Below are positions 34,281-46,940 of a stretch of 64,000 nt of DNA, one piece after another (positions within the stretch are counted from its first letter, which is position 1; each line of letters opens with the position of its first letter). The notes under the pieces are model-generated. The model was not told where the DNA came from. It made no database searches and saw nothing but the letters and a program-made list of their open reading frames with translations. The position numbers and the translations under genes were made by a program. The DNA comes from the human T2T-CHM13v2.0 reference genome, Homo sapiens: NCBI RefSeq assembly GCF_009914755.1, contig NC_060931.1, one strand, 5' to 3'.

Positions 34281-36879
34281 TTCATCAGGTTAATGGGAAA
34301 ATTTTAGGGCCTTAATTGAAAGAAGCAGCATGGATAATATCTTTTTTGCTTCTTGCCCATCTCTTCCTGATAAAATGGAAGCCCCATGAGGACAGAAATG
34401 TTTTACTGTTATGTTCACTGCAGTAACTCATCATCCAGAACTGTGCCTGGTATATATTAGGTATTTAATAAATATGTATTATGAAATGAAATTGTCCCTT
34501 TGCTATCATAAAGGTTTCTACACCCAGGCAATATACTTTAGTAAGATTTGGGATGGGGGAGGGTGGTGCCTTTCCTTTGTAGAGTAGCAAAAGGATGATA
34601 GAAAGGAAGAGATGTAGGAGAGGGTAAATAACTCCCAGCCCAGAGGTTCTTATGCAAGTCTGTTTTAGGAACTCGACGATAGGAAAGTTGAGGACACATA
34701 ACCCAACACTTCGATGCCCAAGTGCCCCTTACAAAGTCTTTATATACCCCCCTGGGTGGGTGTGCCCCAGTCTGAAGACCTCTGGACTTTATAACAGTAA
34801 TCAAAGGTGCCATGCTATTGTTTTTAAAAAGAGAAGGTGTGTCAGCATCAGGAAGAATCAGGAGAACAGCTTCTTTCTATTGTAATCATTCCAAGCTGGA
34901 AGCTTCCCAAACCAGGATCAACCTAAAAAGAAATGATGGAAGATAAATGTAGGCTTTAATTCAATCCCACAAGAGAAAAACTTGGAAAGCAGGTATATGG
35001 AAGGACATAGTTATCTCAACTTCACATTAAACATTAGAGGAGCCAACATTAGTGAAATGAAATTGAAATTATGTTAACTCTCATAGTCAAGATACACACA
35101 GGCACACACACACAGATTAGAACCCACAAACTCATTCACTCATTCAGTGATTTACGGAATGGCCACCATATGCCATGCACAGTGCTGGGTGTTGGGCTAT
35201 AGCAACAAATTATGCACAAATGGACCTGCCCTCATGGAGACTAGAATTGAAGCCAATGTGACCAATGTTCTAGGCATTGTACGACAATTTAGTTTCAACA
35301 AATTCTGTTTCAGAAACAGAAAAACAAACCTAATGATTTAGCTTGGGGAGGAAGAAAAGATATGAGCGAATCAAGGAAGAAAAGATATGAGAGAATAAGC
35401 TTCCTATTCTTTCCTGTTTTTCCTGGTGAAGTACAGTTTTTCAAGGTAAATTATCCATAATCCATTATAAAATGTCTAAAATCGTTTGAAATCCACTACT
35501 TCAAAGCTAAAAAGAAAAACTGAATTCAATTTTCCGTTTTCACGGGGTACAGATAAATCCTGATCCATCAACTGTTAACATCAAATGACTTAACAGCCCA
35601 GGCTGGTCTTGCTTAATCACTTAACCATCCTCTTCCTTTTGTCTAATCCCCAGATACATCTCAACACCCTAACAAACCAGTTCTCTGACGGCCTTTCAAA
35701 AGCTGCATTGGTTGCCTTTCCTCTTCTCTAACACACACACTCTCTCACAGCTTAGGAAGACTGAAAAATCTGAAGGCGTATTTTCTATAGCACTTCAGCT
35801 CATGGTAATAACTTCAATATAAATGTTGACTCATAGGAAAACAGTAGCCAACTGAAAGTGCAGCTTAAGAAATGAAGCACACAGCAAGACCTAATCCGCA
35901 GATACCAGTTCTGTCTCTATGCTGCAGCAGGGGGTCAGCCTCATTCATCACTGAGGAGACGGAGCATATCTTTTTGACAGCATGCAGCAGAGTTGGGAAA
36001 ACAATTCTAATGGAGCCCTAATTAAGGGTGCCATTTCTACCAATGAAGATGAACCCAGGTCCAGCCCAAGACGTATCTGAAGGACACAAATCCCCTCCCA
36101 AATGTATTAAGTGAAAACAGCACCTCCATCCTCTTCTCATGAGCCTCTTTAATAATGTCTCCAGTTATCCACGCACCTCCCACCTCCAGGCAAGGCGTAT
36201 GTGCAACTGAACCTTCAAGTAGAGACATAAGATGATTTTTAACTTTGATTAGAAGCTTTTCAAGATAATCTCTTCCTGTTTTGTCCTCTGGCAAGAGCTC
36301 CCCTTCCTTCATTTGGTCACAGAGTGGTTTTCTTTTAAAAGAACTATTCAGCTTTTGGAAAACCGACAAGAAGAAACTGAGAGAATTCACACACCACAGA
36401 AAACTGGGTACACAGCTGCTACTAAACTTCATTGTCCTTTTATCTCCAGCCTCTCCACCAACAGAAAGACACAGAAGGAAAGAGAAAGAGAGACAGAGAA
36501 TGAATCTGAAGTCTGAAACCTTGTAGTTCGTTTGAACCAGTCAGTTCTTGTTCAGAAAGGAAGAGGAAGGGCAGGAGTGGCTATTGGCGCCAGAGGGAGG
36601 GTTAGTGACTCAGTCCTACCCTCCTAACAGATTAAACACCAAGGAACACAAGCCTTGGAACCAGACCTGGCTCTGACCCTCTGCCCCGCCCCTTGTAGTG
36701 TGACAGGGAAGCTCCAGTTCCCTTATCATACCTCAATTTTATCCATAAAGTGGCGACATGAGGAAAATGCCCAGCATTTAGTAAGTGCTCAATCAATATT
36801 GGTGGAAAGGTTCCTAATAACAATTATAATAGTACTAGGTAACTTTAATGATGATTTACCAGGTGTGAGGCACTAACAA

Positions 36880-37220
<341 letters not shown>

Positions 37221-37349
37221 TGAGCTGCATACTATCATTATTCTTGTTTTAATGAGTAGAAAGCTAAGAAACAAAGGTTAAATATCTTGCCTAAAGCCAC
37301 CTCGCTACCAAGAGACTAAGCCTATGCTTGGCCTCGAGCAGCCAGGCTT

Positions 37350-37565
37350 AGAGCAGGACAGTCCAATGGACCTTTCTGCAATGATGGAAAATGTTCTATA
37401 ATCTGTGATTTCTGGCACAGCAGCCACTAGCCCTATGCAGCTGTTGAACACTTTAATGTGGCTGGTGCAACTGAGGAAATAAATTTTGAATTTTATTTAA
37501 TTTTAATGAATTTCAATTTAAAAAGCCACATGTGGCTAGCTGCTACCATATCAGGCATCACAGCT
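37350..37565. mobile_element. MER3 hAT-Charlie MITE
   Basis: ctttctgcaatgatggaaaatgttctata...agccacatgtggctag. Confidence 0.85.
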
Positions 37566-38224
37566 CAAGAGGTCCCACTGTTAACTTCCAAAGCTCAGGT
37601 ACATCCAGTGTAGGCAGGAGACTTCAAAAATGACACTAATAAAATTGGGACTAATGTGTCTATACATGTGACTGTAATGCGGGAGACAAACATATCTCAT
37701 TGCTAATAATATTGCCATATTATTTCCTATTTGCCTTCTACCTATATGACAAACTTATTTTTTCAGTAAAAAAAATCTATTATTTTTAAAAAGTCAAATG
37801 ATCAAAAGTGTATAACCTATTAAGCAAAACTTCCTTTCTCCAGCACCACTTCCACCGCCCCCATCCTGATCCCCTTCAGACCAGAGCACACAAATTCTGT
37901 ATCTATTTGAGTCTATATGTACATGAGTGCACACAGAGGAATAAAAATGGGATCCAATCCCACTTAACTGTTCTACAACATTTTCTTTACATAAAATTAC
38001 ATCTCATTCACCTTCCATGTTGATTGCCTACATATCTACCTCATTCTTTCCTAGTAAATATTTTGTTGATGGCTTTATCCCAATTTATTTAATTGGTCTT
38101 CTATTAATGGAAATCTTAATTAATTCTCAATTTTGTCTTTAAAAATAATACTGCAATGAGTGTACAACCACCATGGAGTTGCAGCTTTTTAAGACCACTC
38201 CCTATACATGGTTCAGCAGACATT

Positions 38225-38715
38225 GTTGTTTGTCTACCCAAAAGACACCCCTCCACCTCTTCTTTGCTATCAGAATTGACCTGGTTCAGGGTCCACCCCA
38301 GTTCCTCGTGACTCAGACTTAGGTCCTGATTGGTCTAGGCCACTTAAGTGATCCCATTTTCATCAGCAGTGATTGGTTAATACCTGGGCATCCAACTCAA
38401 TTCTGCCCCTCGGCAAATAGCAGAAAATGGCTGGAGGTCTTGAAAAAACAAGGTGCTCAGGGACATTCTTCTGTGAGGGCTGCAGCCATCACATTGCCAC
38501 AAGAGAACCTAGTCTGAGAATAAGACAAAGAAGCCGAGGATGGCAGAGGAAAAAGATGGGAAGAAGCCAGATCTTTAATGCAGTGTTGAGCTGCTGAATT
38601 AACCAAACTGGAGCCTCCTTACCTCTGGGCTTCCTGTAAAGTAAGTTATTTTTTCCTTTCAGCCAGTTGAGTTTGGGTCTACATTAATTAGAACCAAAAC
38701 TACCTAACCAATACA
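38225..38715 (+). mobile_element. MLT1K/L-like MaLR LTR
   Basis: cagtgattggtt...gctgcagccatc...agccagttgagtttgggt...cctaaccaataca. Confidence 0.65.
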
Positions 38716-38902
38716 AATGCAATTGGTGGTTCAAAGCAGATGCACAGATTTTATTCTGATGGGTACCCTATAGTCACTTCTGTTTAACCTCTTCATAGCA
38801 TGAATGCAGAAAATGTCTCAATGGCATGGATCATTCTTCATCCTCTAGAATGGCAGCATTCTGCTACATCGGTCCAAGCTTATTTGAACAGCCCTCCCAT
38901 CA

Positions 38903-39356
<454 letters not shown>

Positions 39357-39559
39357 TTACACATAGAAAAGGATAACATTTTAGGGCACACTGGGATAAA
39401 TGGATAGTGCTATTCAAAGCCAAGGGTTTTTCACCTAAGGATTCCTGCTGCCCTAGTAGGCCCTGCCTGGCCTCCCTGGAGGAGAGAACAAATTTGAAAG
39501 CCAGTTCCACTTGAAAGCCAGTCATGGAACACTGGTTGTGAGGTTTGCTCTGGAAGGAT

Positions 39560-40200
39560 TCATCATATGTTGATTCCAAACAACATTATTTTTTTCTACA
39601 TTTTAACGTCTCTGAAATTAGGATGCATTTAATAACCAATAACATCTTAAAAGTGCTCTCAGCCAGGCGGCAGGCATGATATCACTAACATTTTCTACCT
39701 TTGTTCAAATTCAGACTAACGATCTTCTGTTGGTCCCTTCTGGTAGGGCCGAGGAGACCCCAGCATCACGGTGAGTTACTGTTTAATGAGTACAGAGTTT
39801 CAGTGTGACATGATGAAAAACTTCTGGAGGTGGATGGTGATGATGGTTGCACAGCAAACAATGGGAATGTACTTAATACCACAGGAACGCACACTTAAAA
39901 GTGGTCAAAATAGTAAATTATATGTTATGTATATTTCACCACAATTAAAAGCAGGAGGGAAAAGGCCCAGCATTAAACTTTGCAGAAAGAGCATCAGTGG
40001 CTTCGATGCAGAGACAATAGTGGAACACTCTTTTAAGAAACACTGCATCTTGGCTTGTGTTCTTGATGGCACAGAAGATGACACTATGCGAAAAAAATAT
40101 ATACAGACGTGAGGACCCTGAATATGAAGAAGTTTTAGGAATTCTTCAACCAACTTATTTCTCTTATAGGTTTTTTTAAATGTATTCATAGATGTGACAT
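39560..40200 (+). mobile_element. Kanga1/MER104-like TcMar-Tc2 remnant containing an L1MB 3' fragment (39770-39950)
   Basis: acattttaacgtctctgaaattaggatgcat...cagccaggcggcag; nested gttactgtttaatgagtacagagtttcag...caccacaattaaaa. Confidence 0.65.
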
Positions 40201-40234
40201 GCGACCAAAAAAAAAAAACAAACAAACCAAAAAC

Positions 40235-40620
40235 TATGCTGGCAATTTCCCATTTGACCCTCCATGTCCACACCCCACCGTCTTAACCCCTGGAGGCCAC
40301 CCTCCTTGGACCATATCAGGGTATTCACTCCCTTGGTTCCCCCCTTGCTGAGCTGTGAGTTGGCAATGGCATTTGGTTTCCTCCACCAAATGCCCCAGCT
40401 CCTGGCGGGCAGCCCTCTCCTACAGCCTCAGCTCCCCCCAGGAGCTGTTCTCTCCAGTCGCCCCTTGATGGCTGGGAGTGGTCACAGCTTCCCACTGCTG
40501 CCAGCACCAGAGTACTTCCCTCTTCCTGGTTGGCTTCCCTCAACCCTGCCCACACCCTGTGTAATATTCCTTTCAGCAACCTCTCTTCAGTGCCCCCTTC
40601 CCTTTGGAGCGTGCTTTGGC
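40235..40620 (+). mobile_element. LTR33-like ERVL LTR fragment
   Basis: gggcagccctctcctacagc...cagcttcccactgctgccagc...ccctgcccacacc. Confidence 0.6.
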
Positions 40621-40879
40621 AATGGTTAATTTCTTAGATTTGATGAATGAGGGTGAAATTTTCAATAAGCCATAAAGAGTTAAAGAGATGTTTCCAATAT
40701 TACACTTCCAGAATTAATTTGGGATTACAGCCAAGCAAGTTTAATGTTTCGAAATATCATACACAATGCAGCTGAGCGCCAATTTTATTCCCTGGGTTAG
40801 TACTAATCAGCAAAATGTACGTAAGGGCCTCAAGAACAGACTGCCCTGAACGTTCCTGTGTGTTGCTCCAGGTCAGTGG

Positions 40880-41470
40880 GTCTTCCTGCTCTCATCCTAC
40901 GCCCACCCACACCCCTCCTGTCCATGCCACTGGCTTTCAGCATGTCTTCTCTCCATGACTCTAACAGCTTCATAACTGGCTAGTTTGCCTCCCAACAACT
41001 CACCCTGCCTTCTGCTGCCAGAATATATTTTCTACAAAAGCAGAGCTGATTAGGCCATTTTCCTGCTTACAGGCTTTTGTTGCTCCCCATGGCTTCCAGG
41101 GTGCAGTTCAAATGTTTATAGGTACCACACAAGACCCTTCCTGGTTTTCCCCTGCCAATCTCCTAGCCTCATTACCTGTTGCTCATCTGCCTGCCACACA
41201 TAAAGACTTGCTAATTCCCAAACACATCATACTGTTGCATATTTCCATGAGTCTGTACTTGCTGTTCCCTTGAACTAAAATGCCCTTTCCTCCCTTCATT
41301 CAGGTACCACCTACTCATCCTCCAATATCCAGCTGGCACCTCCTCTGGGAAGACTTCCTGGATATTTCAGGTTGATTTAGCAGCATGCTATGTGTATCAC
41401 ACTGAAATGGCCTACATCCAGAAGCTGACACATGGTAAAGAATTAAAAGTTTCTTGAAAGAATGCATTAA
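40880..41470 (+). mobile_element. L2 fragment
   Basis: L2 3'-region motifs (gctgttcccttg...aatgccctttcc; ctctgggaagacttcctg). Confidence 0.65.
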
Positions 41471-41769
41471 TGCAACTTATTTTCTGCTTCTATTGTTTTT
41501 CTTGTAGTATACCAACTAGGACACTTTTTGAAGAAACTGCAATTCTTCTCAGCATTCAATTCTGTCCAGTGGCAAAGGTGATCAGGAGATTCAAAGTAGT
41601 AAAAATAATCCCCAAAGTAGTGCTACCACTAGGCCCTGGAAACCAACCTCACATACTAAAGACAGACTGAAGATCTGCATTGAGCTAAGCCCTAATTATG
41701 TTCAGTGTTCTTAACTTTGAATCTAGACTCCCAGGCTTTGTACTATGCCGTAACCAACTGGGCAACTAA

Positions 41770-42015
41770 ATGATGACCGGTACAGCACAGCTGCTAAGAT
41801 CACAGACTAATCCAAACTGCCCGGGTCTGTACCTTGCTTCAGCCACTGTCTAGCTGTGTGTCTTGGGCAAGTTAGTTAATCCCTTTATGCCTCAGTTTGC
41901 TTATCTGTAAGATGGGAACAATATTAACAGTACTGACCTCATAGAATAAATGATTTCACATACGTGAATGGTTACAACAGTGCTTTGCACAAATTAAGTA
42001 CTACTTAACCAGCTA
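41770..42015 (+). mobile_element. MIR
   Basis: tagctgtgtgtcttgggcaagttagttaatccctttatgcctcagtttgcttatctgtaagatggg. Confidence 0.8.
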
Positions 42016-42774
42016 TTTTTTGTATTTCTTCTATTAACTGGCAAACACAGAGAGAGAGGAATATCTAAGAAGCAAATCAGAGGTAATTTCAGGGTGTCTC
42101 TTTGCTGTGTGGAGACACTCCTGGCTCTCCTAGTGCCCACTTAATTAATTCACAGATCAGAATTGCAAGACCTATGTCTAATATTGCCAGGGGTCTGCAG
42201 AAGAGACATTGTCCTCCTTCCAGCTGGCTCCTCCAACACAGCCAAAGCAACATGGGTTGTTCATTCCTTACACATCAATTATAGCTGTGGGAACAATGAG
42301 TTCTGCCTTTTTTTCCCTGTCCACTGCTTTCATATTTAAGGTTGCTCCTGTGTCAGTAGTGATTATCTCAGAAGATCTCCCTGTATATAAGGCCCCATGA
42401 ACAAGAAAATTTTATATCAATTAACAAGAGACAAGCTTAGGGGAAGAAGTGCTTCCTGAACATCACCTGCAGACTAGACTATAGCACTCTTGTGGGATCC
42501 CAACAAATACGTCGTCCACCCCACTCCCAACTATTTAAAGAATATTTGAAAGCACTCGAATTCTTTGGCATAAACACTCTTTGAAATGCAAGTTATGTCG
42601 AATCCTAGAATTTTACTTCTGGAAGATGTGGTGGGAGATTATATAAAATGGGGAATCAGTGACCCAGCACCATGGCTTCCCAGCTCCTCTGCACGCCCCC
42701 CCATATTTCCCAACCCTTGCATTTGAAATTTAAAATGTTCTTTAAAAAATTAAAGGCTTTCAGTGTTGAGTGAT

Positions 42775-43340
42775 AGTCACGCACTGCATAAGGATATTTC
42801 AGTCAACAATGGACCAAATATATGACAGTAGTCGCGTAAGATTATAATGAAGCTGAAAAATTCCTACAGCCTAATGATGTCACAGCTGTCATGTCATAGC
42901 ATTTTTTTTAAATATAGTGTAGCCTAAGTTTATAATATTTATAAAGTCTACAATAGTGTAACGTCCTAGACCTTCACATTCACTCACCACTCACTGACTC
43001 ACCCAGAGCAACTTCTAGTCCCACAAGCTCCATGCATGCTAAGTGTCCCATATGGGTGTAACATTTTTTACATTTTATATTGTATTTTTACTGTACCTTT
43101 TGTACGGTTAAATAAATCCTTACCATTGTGTTACATTTGCCTACAGCACTCAGTACAGTACCATCCTGCACAGGTTTGTAGCCCAGGAGCACTAGGCTAT
43201 GGCATACAGCTTAAGTGTGTGGTAGTCTCTACCACCCAGGTTTAAGAACACTCACTCTGTGATGTTTGCAAAAACAATGAAATCGCCTACCACCACGTTT
43301 CTCAGAACCTATCCTCATCATTAAGCAATGCATGACTAAA
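42775..43340. mobile_element. Tigger3 (MER7/Golem) non-autonomous element, ~570 bp
   Basis: Terminal repeats agtcacgcactgcataa ... ttaagcaatgcatgact; internal cacattcactcaccactcactgactcacccagagcaactt. Confidence 0.85.
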
Positions 43341-46278
43341 GTTTCAGCTGCACCTGTTTGGTTCATTCACATAAAGTATCTAAAATAAAGACAGGAGTGC
43401 CAAGGCCATGCAAAGTAGGTTGCTAGTGATGGTTTCCTTTGCCCAGCGATCTGGGTTAAATGAACACCACGGCCTCCCCAGCGTTCCTTGTTCTTCCTTC
43501 CCTGACGTTTATCACCCTTCTGATTATTTTATATTTGTATTGTCTACCTCTTGCATGAGAAAGACCTCCAAGAGGGCAGGGTTCGGGGCCTATTTTGTTC
43601 ACTGTTGCATTCGTAACGTCTAGAGTAACACCTGATGCTCGGGAGGTGAAAATACACTGATTGCTAAACGACTGAGGTCTATGAGACCATGCCAGGTTTA
43701 CAGTAAGCACCCCAAGACTGCCGATTTTCCCAGTTCCTATTCCTGGCATCCTTAGCACCAGAGTAAACCACAGCCCTCCTGCTTGGTTAGTCCTTAACTC
43801 ACTTGTGGTCACAAACAGGAGAAATGCAAATCACTTAAGCATAGAAGTCAAACCAGACTGAATCATGTCAGGGACTCCAAACCTTGCCTTTCTCTGGAGG
43901 TGAGAGATCCTGACCTAATTCCTTTGTATGGATGACTACTCTCCCAGTCAACCGCTCCACTCTTTACCTCCCATTCTCTTACAAAGTTGATTTAAGTTTT
44001 CTTAAAATTCAGTATATTCAGACTATCTTGTGGAGATGTACAGACATAAGAACTAGGAAAGAGAATCCTCTTCCTCAAGTAAGCATACCTTACATCTCAA
44101 ATGAACACAAGACGTACTTGAGTTTGGATCACTTTATTTAACTGCACAGAAATAATTCAGCCATTTTTGGGTAAAGGATTGAGGAACAAAAGCAAAGCAG
44201 TCACTGATGGAAAAGTGGGAGAATGGATAATGGCCACACAAAAGAGAACACATGCTGCCTTAGGATCAATACACAGCATTTCTGTGAAAAGCAACTGGTA
44301 GGTCCTGCCATTAAGCTCTAACATCAAGCAGCTGAATACTTTCTCCCTCATTGAGCCTTCCTCCATTATCATCCCTCTCCCGATGATAAACCACTGGAAT
44401 ATACCTAAGTAAAAAAAATGGTGGCTTTCTTTACCAAGGGCTTCCCAGAGACACAAACAAGCAACCCCCAGGTTTCTGAAGCATCCCCATAAAATACATC
44501 AGAAGGCCCTTCCCTTACCTGTCAGCACCACGGGCACAGGAACCATTTCCTTTTTTCCCTACCACCCTGCGTCCTGTGCCTGGCCAAAAGCTCATAAAAC
44601 CAAAACAGGGCAATGTCCATGGAACAGGACTACAATTTGGTGCCAGTCACTGACCCACTATAGAGAGCAGGCTATTGATAGAAACTCACCAACCCAAACC
44701 TCCATTCCACTAGGGATGAGAGAGCAGTCTCTCCACCTAAAGGATCTCCACAGCCCAAAAGCATAAATGTCCCCCTCCCCCAGTGGCTTTCAAAATGCTT
44801 TCTTGGAAAAAGTTCTTCCTTTCCATTAATAAAACTTACTTTAAAAAACAAAAGTGAACTGCATCTAAATCGGAAGCAGAATTGAGACTAGATCTCCAAA
44901 CTCAATCCCTGCAGGCTGTCATTTATCCAGCAGGTCGCTTGAGTAAAAGGACCATTATCTGTGGCTTTTGTACAAATACATTTCCTTCTTTAAGGGTAGA
45001 GAGTTTAAATTCCTGCAAGGCACTGCACACTAACACACCCATTAATAAATCTGCAGCTCTCCTGGCTCAGTTTAAGTGAGGCCAGTCTTTCAGTACCTGT
45101 TAAGCAACCTTGAAAAGTCCAAAGCTTTATTTTTTTCTTCTTTAAACCAAAAAATTCTACAGTCAGGAGTCCACCAGGGTAAGATGAAGAGATTTGGGGG
45201 GATTTTGTTCCCATTTACAGGGTTTAACCCACCCGCTTCAAGGGAATTGGTCAAGTTCCTCGTGCTGCACTTGGACCCCCTCTGGCCTTGCCCCTCCCCC
45301 AAGGGAAAGGCGCAGCGACGTGGCCACCAGGGCCACTCGGCCTGGCGTCTGGAGCACTGGCGGCATCGGCGACCACAGCCTCTAGAGACAAAGTTCTGTA
45401 GTGCACTGACTTCTATCATACTCAGAGTCGGAGTGTCTCAGAACTTTGCCTCAAAAGACCAAACGTGCTGTCTTCCTCCAGAAGTTTCTTCCTGCAGGTG
45501 TGTTCCCCCACCCCCCAGCTAAGACAAAGAAGAATAACTCGTTAAAAGCAATTTAGTTCAGGATGCGACCGATAATGGAACGGGTCATTAATTATGGAAA
45601 GTTACTGCCGCAGTCAGCAGGAGCAAATGCCCAACAGAAATGGTGTTTTAACAGCCCGATTCGACAAATTCTGGTCGCAATGTCACAGCAAAGGGGCTGC
45701 AAGAATCGCACACTCTCCTTCCTTCCTACCCGTCCTCAGATTAGAACCCATTCCTGGTCGAACCCTCACCTCCCTCGGTAGTTATTTAAACTTTTGCCAG
45801 CAGCTAACTCACTCTAACTTGTGGCAACTTTTTACCTTCCCATCTGGAAAGCTGGGGGCGGGGGCGCTGCACGAGGACGAATATTCGGAGCTGAAAGAGT
45901 TAAACGGTGGGGAACAAATACAGGCCCGGGAAAAGCCCCTAAGATGGGACGACCCAAGAAAGACCCGCTTTGCGGGGCCTCCCCTGAGACCCCCTTCCCC
46001 AGCCATTCCCAGTACTCTATTCCCGGTCTTCCAGCCGCCCGCGCCCAGCCCCGGGAACTCGGGTCGAAGTCGTCCCATCCCCTCCGTTCCACCCACCCAC
46101 TCTTTGGGATTCTCCCTGCCCCATTAGGCAGTGCTTCCCGCGGACCCCGTTCGCGCACAACCTTGCACACAGTCCCCAAGACTGCTCTTCTCCCCCTCCC
46201 GGCACCCCCTTTTCCCTGCAGCATAAGCGACCACTCTGTCCCCCATCCTAGCAGACCCCCTCCCCCCACATACCGCAC

Positions 46279-46620
46279 CTGAACAGCTGTTGCGCGCGTG
46301 CAACAGGTCTGGAAAGTGCTTTCCCATCTTCCCCCAAACCCCTCGCCACCGTTCCATCCCCCGCCACCCCTAAGAGACAAGGCCGGAGGGGCAGTGGGCT
46401 GCGTCCCCCGGGCCGGGGTGCACGGGCGGCTGGCGGAGTGCGGGGCGCCCAGAGGCTCCCGGGGTTGGGGGCGGTGGTCGCGCTGGGCCGGGACACCTTC
46501 GCGAGTGGCCCCTCGTGCGCCCGCCGCAGGCTCCCCAGCCTGCCCCTCCAGCGCCGGCCGCCAGGCATTCCCGGGCCGGCTCCCCCCTCGCGCTCCGCTC
46601 CGCTCCCTTCCATCTTGACT
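46279..46620 (-). other. Probable first (5'UTR) exon of a minus-strand gene; transcription start not resolved
   Basis: Donor ...CTGTTCAG|GTGCGG with last exon base 46279; CCAAT box and GC boxes lie upstream on the minus strand. Host gene not identified (see findings). Confidence 0.55.
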
Positions 46621-46940
46621 TTTGCCGACGTGGAAATTTTGGGTTTGGAGACGACCTGCGCTCTTATTGGCTGCCGGCGGGCGGGGTCGGAGGTCACGGC
46701 TGCTCTCGCTATTCCGCGCCAAGGGGAGCCGCACAGCGGCTCGTGTCAAGTCAGCAGGTTCCCTCCGCCTCCCCCGGGGTCACGTGCGCCCCGGGCGGGC
46801 CCGGGAGACGCCTCCTTATGCAAATAGAGCGGCCGCGCGGGGCTGGGGGCGGGGGCGGGGTGGGCGGTGGCGCGTGGGGGCGGGGGCGGGGGCGCGGCCG
46901 GCGCTGGGAGGGCGGGGCGCTCCAGGTGGCCACCTGGCTC
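46620..46940. promoter_or_regulatory. Core promoter motif cluster
   Basis: CCAAT on minus strand (ATTGG 46666-46670), GTCACGTG USF/TFE-type E-box (46779-46786), octamer ATGCAAAT (46818-46825), multiple GGGGCGGGG Sp/KLF boxes (~46845-46920), palindrome CCAGGTGGCCACCTGG (46922-46937). Confidence 0.75.

Noticed and set aside
36037-36432. 131-aa minus-strand ORF in non-repeat DNA
   Set aside because: No recognisable homology, and I could not find a convincing acceptor/donor pair; cannot support as CDS without PhyloCSF or a protein search
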